Below are positions 1 to 9,544 of a stretch of DNA of 64,000 nt, one piece after another (the stretch's first letter is position 1; each line of letters opens with the position of its first letter). Under the pieces are notes generated by a model. The model had not been told where the DNA came from and searched no databases. It saw only the letters and a program-made list of their open reading frames with translations. Made by a program: the position numbers and the translations under genes. The DNA lies in NCBI GenBank assembly GCA_963662285.2, contig CAXXMV010000002.1, positions 1,440,001 through 1,504,000 of the forward strand, written 5' to 3'. This stretch comes from a bacterium (GTDB lineage Bacteria > Hinthialibacterota > Hinthialibacteria > Hinthialibacterales > Hinthialibacteraceae).

Positions 1-635
1 ACCAGAGAGGAGGAACAAGCCGTATCCACCGCCATACTGGGGCCTTCAAAACCAAAGGTATAAGAAATTCTTCCTGCTGCGGGAGCGAAACAGGTTCCCG
101 TCAAAGAATAGGCGTCTATTATTTCATTCTGACCCGAATGCCGGTGCGCCTGTGTATAATCGTCGCTTGATATCCCGACATATACTCCGGTGCGGCTCCC
201 CATCAGTGAGGAGATATCAATACCGGCGTTTTCAAAGGCTTCCCAGGTTACTTCTAATAATAATCGTTGTTGAGGGTCTAGACTTAAAGTCTCTTTACCT
301 GAAATGTTAAAGAAATGTGAATCAAATTCATTAACCGGACAAGTTAAGAAATTTGCATGACTGGCATGAGTAGTTCCAGGATTACTTATCAATGGATCAT
401 AATAAACGTCTGCATCCCAGCGATCCGGTGGAACGGGAACACAGGCGTCCTTACCATTCATTAAAAAATCCCAGTATAAATCAGGATCATTGCATCCACC
501 GGGAAATCTACAACCCATCCCGATGATTGCGATAGGTTCACGTTGCGCGTTCTCCAGCGTCTGCGCTTTTTTTTCGGCTTTTTTTAAAGCAATAAAGGTT
601 TTTTTTAAGATTTCATTTCCTGATGGCTGATTCAT
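1..635 (-). CDS. Type I PKS subunit, N-terminal docking helix plus KS domain (partial, runs off window start; not in ORF track)
   Basis: Manual translation from ATG at 635: MNQPSGNEILKKTFIALKKAEKKAQTLENAQREPIAIIGMGCRFPGG...DPQQRLLLEVTWEAFENAG...GRISYTFGFEGPSMAVDTACSSSL; GGAG RBS just upstream. Confidence 0.93.
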   Translation of the reverse strand, partial: MNQPSGNEILKKTFIALKKAEKKAQTLENAQREPIAIIGMGCRFPGGCNDPDLYWDFLMNGKDACVPVPPDRWDADVYYDPLISNPGTTHASHANFLTCPVNEFDSHFFNISGKETLSLDPQQRLLLEVTWEAFENAGIDISSLMGSRTGVYVGISSDDYTQAHRHSGQNEIIDAYSLTGTCFAPAAGRISYTFGFEGPSMAVDTACSSSL

Positions 636-645
636 TCCCGACTCC

Positions 646-3519
646 TCAATCTATATCTAATTCCGCTTTAATTAGTTGTTCTAAGTTTTCCACGTCAAGG
701 TCATTTATATAATCAAATCCCATATCCTCATTTAAGTCTTGATCAATCAATTTTTCTGCATTATCAGTAATGGATTGCGGTTCTTTTTCATCCGGCAAAT
801 TAAGGGAATTCTCAATTTGGGGCATCAAATAATCGGCTATTTTTAGGATATTTGGATAATTAAAAAGAAAGGTGGGATTCAAATTAAGATGAAAAACCTT
901 TTCCATACAATTGCAAAATTCAACTGCGGATAAAGAACTGAAACCTTGTTCATGCAATGGAGTATTCTTATCAAAAACAAATGATTCCTGTCCGGTTACA
1001 TCACAAGCAGTCGCATTTATAAAATCGAGCAGAATCTTCTTCCGCTGTTTGGGCTGTGAATTACAGAATGTCTTAATCATGGTTTGCTGTTCTTTCTTGT
1101 CAGAACGCAAAGGAGCAATATTGTTATGCTCCATACTAGAATCACGATAACAACGCTGCCTTTGAAATGGATACAATGGAAGAGAAATGGCTTTGAAATG
1201 GCGGTCGCCATAAAAATTCCGCCAATTCACATCATTGCCATACTCATAAAAAAGTGCAATAGCATTCACGGCCCTTTCTTCAAAACTCCCATCCACGTTT
1301 TCACAAACGGGCAGATGCTTATAATCCTCTATTTTACACTCATTATCAATAGATTTAAATTTCGCTTGAGCTACATGAAAAAGAAAGTCAACCTGGTTAT
1401 TGATCAACGATTGAAGGATGTCTTTTTCAATAGTGTCTTTCATAGATATTACGGGAACGTCAATGTTATGATTCCCCGAACATCCATCCTTCAATACAGT
1501 TGACTCTTTTTTTAGAACCATGCCAATAGCTTTATCCAAATCAAGTTTCCCGGTCAAACAGCCCCCGGCCCATTCACCTGTTCCTGAACCAATAATCATT
1601 CGGGGAATAATCCCCCACGACATGAACAATTTTCCCAGCGCGTAATTAAGAACAAACTCGTTTAATTCTATTATGGGGATTTGTTCAGGAATGGGATAAT
1701 TATCAAGTAAATATCGGGAATATGAAAAATCGGTATATTGCTGGATGCAATGGTCGCAGGCATCAATTCCCTCATGGAAAGCAGCGTAATGCTGGTAAAA
1801 ATACCTGATTTCACTGCCCGTCAGATTAGCCGCACCTTCAATAATAAAGCATCCATTTAATTTCGTTGTTTTGTTAAATATTGGTTCGCAAATGAATCGA
1901 TCCAGTTGCCCAGATATATCGTTTATGTTTTTCCCGCTAAAAAACTTTCGAATCGGGAAATGGGTTCTTCCCATACTCGCAGCATAACCCAGGTCGCTTA
2001 TGCATTCCAAGGAATCGCATATTCTTGATTTATAGGCTTGCGCCAAATCAATCAGCGCCTCTTTCGACTTGGCTGATATGGGCAATATGGATAAACCGGC
2101 ATTACTATCACTATATTGTTGTTGCGCTGATTTATCCTCATTCTTCATCGTATGCGATTCGGCATTGAAATCTTCTAAAATCACATGTGCATTTGTCCCC
2201 GTAATACCAAACGAACTGATTCCTGCGTAACGGATTTTATCCTGCGCAGGCCATGAAACCGCTTCTTGGGGAACGCGGAATGGAACCTTATCCCATTCAA
2301 CAGCATCTACCGGATTGTTAAAATGCAAATTCGGGGGAATTGTTTCGTGTTGCAGGGCGAGAATGGTCTTGATCATCCCCGCCATACCCGCTCCCGCCTC
2401 TAAATGCCCGATAACAGTTTTGGCTGAACCGATCAGCAGGGATTTCTCATGGTTGTTGTTATGAGAAAACACCTCCTCCAGAGCATGCAATTCTGCTGCA
2501 TCTCCTAATGGATTGCCGGTTCCATGCGTCTCAATATAATCAATTTGGTCGGGTTGCAAATCCGCTTTGCGTAAGGCATCCTGAATTAATTGAACCTGAG
2601 CGTCTTGTTTTGGAGATGTAAAACTTGAACCAAAACCTCCATGATTGACGGATGAGGCTGGAGATACCGCAAATATCCGGTTGTTATCATTCATAGCGTC
2701 AGGGATGCGCTTCAATAAAACTACGCCGCAACCCTCAGAGCGAACATAACCATCCGCAGATGCATCAAAGGCCTTGCAGCGTCCGGTGGGTGACAATACG
2801 CCTAATTTGGATAAATAAATATATGGATTAGGAGATAAAAGACAGTTGACCCCGCCCGCCAAGGCAACATCACATTCCCCGTTTCGCAAGGATTGGCAGG
2901 CGTAATGAAAAGCTACTAATGAGGAAGAACAGGCTGTATCTATCGATAGAGACGGCCCTTCAAATCCATAAAAATAGGATAACCTTCCGCTGGCTGAACA
3001 TCCCATGCCGCCCAGCCCTGAATATAGGTCAATTGAATCTGTTTGATTAGACCATATCTGTTGACCCAAACAATCATTGGTGGTGATGCCAATGAATACC
3101 CCGACTGGTTTATTTTTAAGCGTCGAAGGACATATACAGGCGCTTTCGAATGTTTTCCAGGAAACCTCCAATAATAAACGCTGCTGTGGATCTAATGCAG
3201 ATGCTTCATTGGGTGAGAGTCCAAAAAATGAGTAATCTATATCCCGGATATCCACATCTTGCAAAAAACCGCCCCATTTGGAGTTCGTCTTGCCTGATGC
3301 AGCTAAATCTTTTGAATAAAAATCTTCCCATCCCCAGCGTTCCAATGGAATCTCTGAGATTGCATCCTCACCATTACATATTAATGACCAATATGAATCA
3401 GGATCATTGGCGCCGCCAGGAAAACAACAGCCTATACCTACTATTGCGATTTTTTCTAAGTCTCTTCTTGCTAAAACTTTTCTTACCATAATAATGTAAT
3501 TTAAACCTAAATTGACCAT
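646..3519 (-). CDS. Type I PKS subunit KS-AT(degenerate)-ACP with C-terminal docking segment
   Basis: KS motifs IAIVGIGCCFPG, DTACSSS, HGTG, GHLE; AT-like region with GSGTGE in place of GHSxG; ACP-like LHEQGFSSLSAVE; true start may be the ATG of MVRKV (~3489). Confidence 0.9.
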   Translation of the reverse strand: MVNLGLNYIIMVRKVLARRDLEKIAIVGIGCCFPGGANDPDSYWSLICNGEDAISEIPLERWGWEDFYSKDLAASGKTNSKWGGFLQDVDIRDIDYSFFGLSPNEASALDPQQRLLLEVSWKTFESACICPSTLKNKPVGVFIGITTNDCLGQQIWSNQTDSIDLYSGLGGMGCSASGRLSYFYGFEGPSLSIDTACSSSLVAFHYACQSLRNGECDVALAGGVNCLLSPNPYIYLSKLGVLSPTGRCKAFDASADGYVRSEGCGVVLLKRIPDAMNDNNRIFAVSPASSVNHGGFGSSFTSPKQDAQVQLIQDALRKADLQPDQIDYIETHGTGNPLGDAAELHALEEVFSHNNNHEKSLLIGSAKTVIGHLEAGAGMAGMIKTILALQHETIPPNLHFNNPVDAVEWDKVPFRVPQEAVSWPAQDKIRYAGISSFGITGTNAHVILEDFNAESHTMKNEDKSAQQQYSDSNAGLSILPISAKSKEALIDLAQAYKSRICDSLECISDLGYAASMGRTHFPIRKFFSGKNINDISGQLDRFICEPIFNKTTKLNGCFIIEGAANLTGSEIRYFYQHYAAFHEGIDACDHCIQQYTDFSYSRYLLDNYPIPEQIPIIELNEFVLNYALGKLFMSWGIIPRMIIGSGTGEWAGGCLTGKLDLDKAIGMVLKKESTVLKDGCSGNHNIDVPVISMKDTIEKDILQSLINNQVDFLFHVAQAKFKSIDNECKIEDYKHLPVCENVDGSFEERAVNAIALFYEYGNDVNWRNFYGDRHFKAISLPLYPFQRQRCYRDSSMEHNNIAPLRSDKKEQQTMIKTFCNSQPKQRKKILLDFINATACDVTGQESFVFDKNTPLHEQGFSSLSAVEFCNCMEKVFHLNLNPTFLFNYPNILKIADYLMPQIENSLNLPDEKEPQSITDNAEKLIDQDLNEDMGFDYINDLDVENLEQLIKAELDID

Positions 3520-3784
3520 TTTTACTAGACAATACCAATCATCTTCTGAATAACGCCAGATAATAATTTTTGTCCTTAGAAACTGGGATTATTTAATAAG
3601 AATCGGCCTGGGGAAATAAAAAAGCGCTAAAGTACTTAAAGCAAAGAGGCTTTTAATGATTTTCCTTACAAACAGATTAAAAAACAATTAAAATCTTCAC
3701 GAATTAACTGGCAGTGACAGTGTTTTGAATGATCTTGGTGTAGAATATCTTACATTTGTATATTTTTCTCGCGGATAAAACATT

Positions 3785-5410
3785 ATGGAAATTTTCAACT
3801 ATTTGAAATCCGAAGTTAAACTTCTAGCGCCTGGAAAACTCGTTTTATATGCATTTTCAGGTTCTATCCATTTCGTTATTATCCTTTTACTTATCATTTC
3901 CGCACTATCTGTTCCAGATGTTCATTTCAAAAATGTCTTACTATTTTCGTTATTGATCTATGCATTTATACGTCTTCAAAAAAACGCAATGGATGAATCA
4001 GTCCGTATTATCGATAACAATATCATCCAAATCCGCCTCCGGTTGGTCGATCAAATTCGCAACCTCACTCTTTCTTCTTTTGAAACTATTGATTATAACC
4101 GCTTTATCACAATTTTAACCCAAGAATCTCAGCATATTTGTGAATTGGGTAATCTTTTTCCCCGACTTTGTTCATCTATCTTCCTTTTTTGTATCGCTTT
4201 TTTGTATATTTCCATAATTTCCTTTCCCGCATTCTTGTTATCCATTCTATTTATTATTTGTGGAGTTCAATATTACAGGATAAACCGGGCAAAACATGAG
4301 AAATACCTCATTGAAGCCAGTCATAAGGAAGACTCTTTCTTCGAACTTTTGAATCAGCTTCTTGATGGATTCAAGGAATTAAAAATCCATCGGGGCAAAA
4401 ACGATGATTTATATAACAATTATCTTCTTAAGTGCGCCAAAGAAGTAGAAGAATTGAAGGTTTTTTCTTCCTCGCAATTGTCCAAATCAATCATTTACGC
4501 CAATCTTTTTTGTTATATATTTATTGCCTTCCTGATCTTCATTTTTCCTGAGATTTTAGAAATCACCCAATCACAACTGATTCAAATTATTGCGATATCC
4601 CTCTTCATCACAACCGGACCCATTCAGGAAATCGTAGGCTCATTTCCTTTTATCGAACGCGCCAATATGGCCATTAAACACCTGGATATGATGGAGAAGC
4701 AATTACAGGAGTGTGAGTTTGATACTGTATCCGGGTTGGAAGAAGCTAATCTTCCCCTGCCTTTCGAGTCACTTCATCTCACCAATGTCAGTTTTCAATA
4801 CCAATCAAACATTGCCGATTCCAATTTTGGAATCGGACCTATTGATTTTGAAATTAACCAAGGCGAAATAATCTTTATAATGGGGGGCAATGGCGCCGGA
4901 AAATCAACCTTTTTGAAAGTACTGGTTGGATTATACCCGCACTGTGAAGGCAATATCGCATGGAATGATATATCAATTTGTCAACAAAACCGGACAGGTT
5001 ATCAAGCAAATTTTGCGGTTATTTTTCAAGACATGCACCTTTTTGACCGGCTATATGGCATCAAAAAGATTGATGTGGAAAAAGCAGAACAATTATTGGT
5101 AACAATGAAACTAGCAGACAAAACAACAATCACAGAAGATGGAGCAATTACTAATATTCGATTATCCGCAGGACAAAAAAAACGCCTGGCTCTTATCATT
5201 TCCGAAATGGATGATAAACAAATCTATGTGTTTGATGAATGGGCTGCTGATCAAGACCCCAAATTCAGAAAATATTTCTATGAAGTCTACCTTCTCGATC
5301 TAACCAAACAGGGAAAAACCATCATTGCCATCACCCATGATGATCATTATTATCATATTGCCGATCACCTTTTTAAAATGGATTACGGCGTACTGACTAA
5401 ACTTAGGTAA
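3785..5410 (+). CDS. Cyclic peptide export ABC transporter (SyrD/PvdE/YojI family)
   Basis: About 6 TM helices, then GGNGAGKST, LSAGQKKRLAL and the family signature FDEWAADQDPKFR, then ITHDD. Confidence 0.93.
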   Translation: MEIFNYLKSEVKLLAPGKLVLYAFSGSIHFVIILLLIISALSVPDVHFKNVLLFSLLIYAFIRLQKNAMDESVRIIDNNIIQIRLRLVDQIRNLTLSSFETIDYNRFITILTQESQHICELGNLFPRLCSSIFLFCIAFLYISIISFPAFLLSILFIICGVQYYRINRAKHEKYLIEASHKEDSFFELLNQLLDGFKELKIHRGKNDDLYNNYLLKCAKEVEELKVFSSSQLSKSIIYANLFCYIFIAFLIFIFPEILEITQSQLIQIIAISLFITTGPIQEIVGSFPFIERANMAIKHLDMMEKQLQECEFDTVSGLEEANLPLPFESLHLTNVSFQYQSNIADSNFGIGPIDFEINQGEIIFIMGGNGAGKSTFLKVLVGLYPHCEGNIAWNDISICQQNRTGYQANFAVIFQDMHLFDRLYGIKKIDVEKAEQLLVTMKLADKTTITEDGAITNIRLSAGQKKRLALIISEMDDKQIYVFDEWAADQDPKFRKYFYEVYLLDLTKQGKTIIAITHDDHYYHIADHLFKMDYGVLTKLR

Positions 5411-5442
5411 TATCATTATATTATTATGAAAACTACTCTAAA

Positions 5443-5479
5443 ATGCCGTAACCTCTTATATATAAGATGATTACGGCAT
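5443..5479. terminator. Hairpin between convergent genes, probable bidirectional terminator
   Basis: ATGCCGTAA..TCTTATA/TATAAGA..TTACGGCAT inverted repeat between stops at 5410 (+) and 5523 (-). Confidence 0.55.
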
Positions 5480-5522
5480 CTGTAAATGAAAAAAATAAAC
5501 TATTCGCCTAAACTCCCGCTAT

Positions 5523-7052
5523 CTAATTTCCACTATCCTGTTTTTGTAAAGCATAAATATTATTCATAGTAGTCACATAGATAACGCCATTAGCTGCTGT
5601 TACCGTACTGGCTATCGGGCTATCCATCCTGATTTCACTGATTACTTTTTTTGATCTGTCAGCCGCCAGAATGAATAAATCCTTCCGTCTTGTTCCCACA
5701 TAAAGCTTCCCATCAGCGACGAGTGGAGACGCCCATATTTCATATTTGGCATCATGCGTCCAGTATATCTTACCTGTTTCGGCATCCAAACAATGTATCA
5801 ATCCTTCACAATCCGTTATGAATATCAATCCATTGAAGATCGCCGGCGTCGCACAGCAGTGCGTGTTCATTTCATGCGACCAGAGTAGCCCGGATGAAGT
5901 AATATCGCCTTGTTTGGCAGCGTCTATACACTGGAGCCATGACTTTTTCTTTCCCCACCAGATATCACCACCAACAGCAACATATACGCGGTTATTGTGG
6001 AACACTGGCATGCCTTTGATATTACTTGGACTCTCTTTTCGATTTCTTTTATATTCGTTAATGTTTTCTTTGGGAGCCGTGGGATCACAGTCAAAACGCC
6101 AGACTCTTTTCAGTTTTTCTATCTTGCCCTCCGGCGGGATCGATTTCAAAGCCTCAAACGCATACATGACTCCATCACCACCACCAAAAAAGATCAACTT
6201 TTGTCCATTCACCAAACCAAGCGCGGGTGATGACCAGGTGCTATGGAAAATAAGAGGGCCGATTCCTTCATAATCGCGGGCCAAAAGACGGCCGGTTTTC
6301 TTGTCCAGCACAATAAGGCTGGGGCCATCTGGACATAAAATCCCCTTATGAGTATTGTCTACGCCGTTGCTTGTGTTGATGTATAGAAAATCTTCATCCA
6401 TAAGAATTGCACTGTGCGCCCCATCATGAGGATGGGTTCCTGCCTGGTTGGGGATATCAAACAGCCAGATAATGTCTGCATCCAGGGGCGTCACCTCATA
6501 AGATTTATCTTCCCCCAAGCCCATATGAAGCCCCTCATCCATGTATGGTCCATCGTTGCCGTTGCTCTGCCCATTTATATCCAGGCACATCGCTTCACCG
6601 CGATTGGTGACGACATAAACACGATCGCCCTCGATAGTCACAGGAGAAACGATGCCCGCGCGAGGCCAGTCTAGAAAAGGATCAGAACTAAGTTTTGGAA
6701 CTACTAACTGCCACAATAAAGCGCCATTCTCTTCATTCAAACATAACAGTATTCCTCGGTCTCCTTTATGGCGTGGATCTCGCGGTAGTTGGTTGTTGGA
6801 GCCGATAAATACTTTCCCGTCTGCTATCATGGGAGTAGACCATGTCTCACTCCCAAGGGGCGCCACCCACTTTACATTTCTTCCTGAAACGGGATCAAAA
6901 TCATCCACCAGGCCGGTTTCGCCGGAAATCATGTTTCGCGTGTGTTTCTCACCCCACTGAAGTTGATCATCCGCATAAGCATTTGATATAGAAAGGCATA
7001 CGAAGACTGTTATTACTACCACTAATACAACATTATTTTTTCCTGCCGTCAT
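5523..7052 (-). CDS. Secreted PQQ-binding-like beta-propeller protein (BamB-like repeats)
   Basis: Signal peptide ending AYA-; repeated ST/SP-x-I/V-x-D/G-x-V-Y/F blades and LxCLDAxTGxxxW motifs. Confidence 0.85.
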   Translation of the reverse strand: MTAGKNNVVLVVVITVFVCLSISNAYADDQLQWGEKHTRNMISGETGLVDDFDPVSGRNVKWVAPLGSETWSTPMIADGKVFIGSNNQLPRDPRHKGDRGILLCLNEENGALLWQLVVPKLSSDPFLDWPRAGIVSPVTIEGDRVYVVTNRGEAMCLDINGQSNGNDGPYMDEGLHMGLGEDKSYEVTPLDADIIWLFDIPNQAGTHPHDGAHSAILMDEDFLYINTSNGVDNTHKGILCPDGPSLIVLDKKTGRLLARDYEGIGPLIFHSTWSSPALGLVNGQKLIFFGGGDGVMYAFEALKSIPPEGKIEKLKRVWRFDCDPTAPKENINEYKRNRKESPSNIKGMPVFHNNRVYVAVGGDIWWGKKKSWLQCIDAAKQGDITSSGLLWSHEMNTHCCATPAIFNGLIFITDCEGLIHCLDAETGKIYWTHDAKYEIWASPLVADGKLYVGTRRKDLFILAADRSKKVISEIRMDSPIASTVTAANGVIYVTTMNNIYALQKQDSGN

Positions 7053-7192
7053 GATTCATTTTCCTGTTCTTACAACAATCTTGCTAAATTATTTACGAGG
7101 TGTAATTCTACTTAATCAGCGTTCATCGTGCTTGATTTATCCGTATTTTCTTTTTCAGATTAAATCAATTTGTTTTATAAGATAGTGAAGGA

Positions 7193-9544
7193 TTAGAGAT
7201 TTAATAGTTTTGAAGCCCGTGCAATTAAGTCGTAAGGTGAAAATGGCTTCTGGATATAATCGTTGGCGCCAAGTTCAAAACCGCGTGCAATGTCTTTTTC
7301 GCTCCCCATAGATGTCAGCAGTATAACGGGAAGCTTTTTAGAATCAAAATTGCGCCGGATATTTTCCAGCACCTTAAATCCATCCATGTGGGGCAGTTTT
7401 ATATCCAGAATTACCAAGGAGTAAGGTTTCTGAAGTACTTGGTCTACTGCGGATCGACCATCCGTAACCAAATCAATTTCGATGCCGGTCCTGGATAAAC
7501 GTTGAACCAGAAAAGAACCGATAATTTCATCATCCTCGACGCATAATATCTTTTTTTGTTTATATAGTGAATCGAGAACCAGAGTTTCAAGCAAGTGAGT
7601 GGAATCGGTTTTGGCATCTAATAAGCCATGCTCCAAAGCGCCTAATAATTCATCAAACATGAATTTTGACTGAATGGAAACCATAGAGGAACAAAAAGCG
7701 AATGATCGTTTCTCTTGATCGGGTAATTCAAAAAATGACTGTTGGCCAATTACATGCAAATTGTTTATAGCATCGTAATTGGTCAGACTCTCATCCGGTT
7801 TATACAATCCGAGTAGTTGGTTCATATTCCATTTCATTAAAAGTAAAGCGTCTCCAAGTTTTTCATCAATCAAGTTTGCAAATTTATTAATGAAATCCTT
7901 GGATGTTTGGAGACCATAGTGCATTAGCGCATCATGGCAATGAATAAGTTCGATCAATACCAGATACGAGTTCTGGTTATGGTTTAATAATTCCTGGTAC
8001 TCTTTTTCAAAAGTAATTTTGTCGGTGAAAAGATGTTGAGATGAATCTGCGCTAGCTGAAATTCTTCGAAGAATTTTGGTAATGGTTGATTTAAACTCAT
8101 TGTGGTCAAAAGGTTTGGTATAGAAAAATTCAGCCCCCCAGAGAAAACACTCCCGTTTAACCTGCTCCTCAATTTTATTAGAGATCACCACGATGGGAAT
8201 GTTCATTTTTTGCGGATCTTGTTTCAATTGACGTATCAGATAACGACCATCGGCGTCAGGTAAAATGAAATCTGTAATAATCAATGATATCTTTTCAGTT
8301 TTAAGCGTCTCTAAAGCCATCGTAGTAGTAGAAGCGTGTATAAATTCATAGTTGCAATCGCTGAAAATCTCCTGGAGCAGTTGTTGGATGCTTTCTCCAT
8401 CTTCAAGTAACAGAATTCGAGGTGGAGTAACCAAGGTGACTTTTTCAAGATAATTAATAAAATCGAATGTGTTCTGGATAAATTCTTCCCCCATCGCTTC
8501 TTCCACGGTTACCGCTTTTTCGGATATTTCCCGATAGCCGTATAAAGCGCTTGAACCACGTAAAGAATGAGCAATCCTCTTGATTGTTGTTTCTGACTGG
8601 GATGATTGAATGGTATTCAAATCCTGGCTGGCTTTTTTTAGATCTATTATTCTTTGTTTTAAGTTTTTGATAAAAAACGCTTCCATGTCTTCGGCGTTTT
8701 CCTCTCCGATGGCATCGGGCATTAATGTGAATGTGTGTTGTTCTTCTTCGCTGTCAACAACAAGAAATTGTGTAAGAATGCTTTCAATATCTGAAGGTTG
8801 AAAAGGTTTACTGATAAAATGGTTAAAACCATTTTGTATGCATTTCTCCCGGAAAGTTTCCGTGGTATGCGCGGTCAAAGCAATGATCGGTATATGGGGT
8901 TGGCGTATCTCTCTGTTTTGATTGCGAATCGCTTTTGCGATTTCGAATCCACTCATGTCGGGCAATTCCAAATCCAACAACACCAGTCCGAAATCACGGT
9001 TGGCAAGCATCTGAAACGCTTCTTCCCCTGTTTGCACAGCGCAGACGGAATAACCTAGTTTTTGCAGTATGGTTTTGGCAACGCGGATATTTAGGATTTC
9101 ATCTTCAACCAGCAAAATTTCGGTAGCGGAACTGGCTTTACGATTCATCGCTTCAGAGGGGGCGTAATTCTTGAGATGACTACGTACTCTCGCTTTCACA
9201 ACGGCAGGAGAGAATGGTTTTGTAATATAATCGACGGCGCCAATTTCAAATCCATATGACTCCTCTTCAGGATTGTCTTTGGCCGTGATGAATATTATCG
9301 GGATATGACTAATTTTTTGATCCGCTTGGACGCGTCGGCATATTTCATAACCGTCGATCTCAGGCATCATGATATCCAACAGGATTAAATCGGGAGGATT
9401 ATCGGATTTGATCAGGTCTAAGGCTTTTGGACTTTTGGTTGTAAAAAAGACCTCAAATTCGTCTTTCAAAACTTCATTAAGCGTTTTGATGTTCAACGGT
9501 TCATCGTCGATAATTAATATTCTAAAGGTTTTGTTAGTATTCAT
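7193..9544 (-). CDS. Multi-domain response regulator REC-REC-HPt-REC-(degenerate GGDEF)-REC
   Basis: Four REC motifs (LLDIMMP, LLDLELP, ITDFILP, ILDIKLP, each with a KPF); HPt IAHSLRGSS; GGDEF-like segment with KWNMNQL; ATGA overlap with upstream kinase. Confidence 0.88.
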   Translation of the reverse strand: MNTNKTFRILIIDDEPLNIKTLNEVLKDEFEVFFTTKSPKALDLIKSDNPPDLILLDIMMPEIDGYEICRRVQADQKISHIPIIFITAKDNPEEESYGFEIGAVDYITKPFSPAVVKARVRSHLKNYAPSEAMNRKASSATEILLVEDEILNIRVAKTILQKLGYSVCAVQTGEEAFQMLANRDFGLVLLDLELPDMSGFEIAKAIRNQNREIRQPHIPIIALTAHTTETFREKCIQNGFNHFISKPFQPSDIESILTQFLVVDSEEEQHTFTLMPDAIGEENAEDMEAFFIKNLKQRIIDLKKASQDLNTIQSSQSETTIKRIAHSLRGSSALYGYREISEKAVTVEEAMGEEFIQNTFDFINYLEKVTLVTPPRILLLEDGESIQQLLQEIFSDCNYEFIHASTTTMALETLKTEKISLIITDFILPDADGRYLIRQLKQDPQKMNIPIVVISNKIEEQVKRECFLWGAEFFYTKPFDHNEFKSTITKILRRISASADSSQHLFTDKITFEKEYQELLNHNQNSYLVLIELIHCHDALMHYGLQTSKDFINKFANLIDEKLGDALLLMKWNMNQLLGLYKPDESLTNYDAINNLHVIGQQSFFELPDQEKRSFAFCSSMVSIQSKFMFDELLGALEHGLLDAKTDSTHLLETLVLDSLYKQKKILCVEDDEIIGSFLVQRLSRTGIEIDLVTDGRSAVDQVLQKPYSLVILDIKLPHMDGFKVLENIRRNFDSKKLPVILLTSMGSEKDIARGFELGANDYIQKPFSPYDLIARASKLLNL

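Noticed and set aside
5746-6960. Long plus-strand ORFs opposite the propeller gene (similar shadows at 36291, 43582, 49981, 49989)
   Set aside because: Antisense shadows of well-supported genes with no motifs
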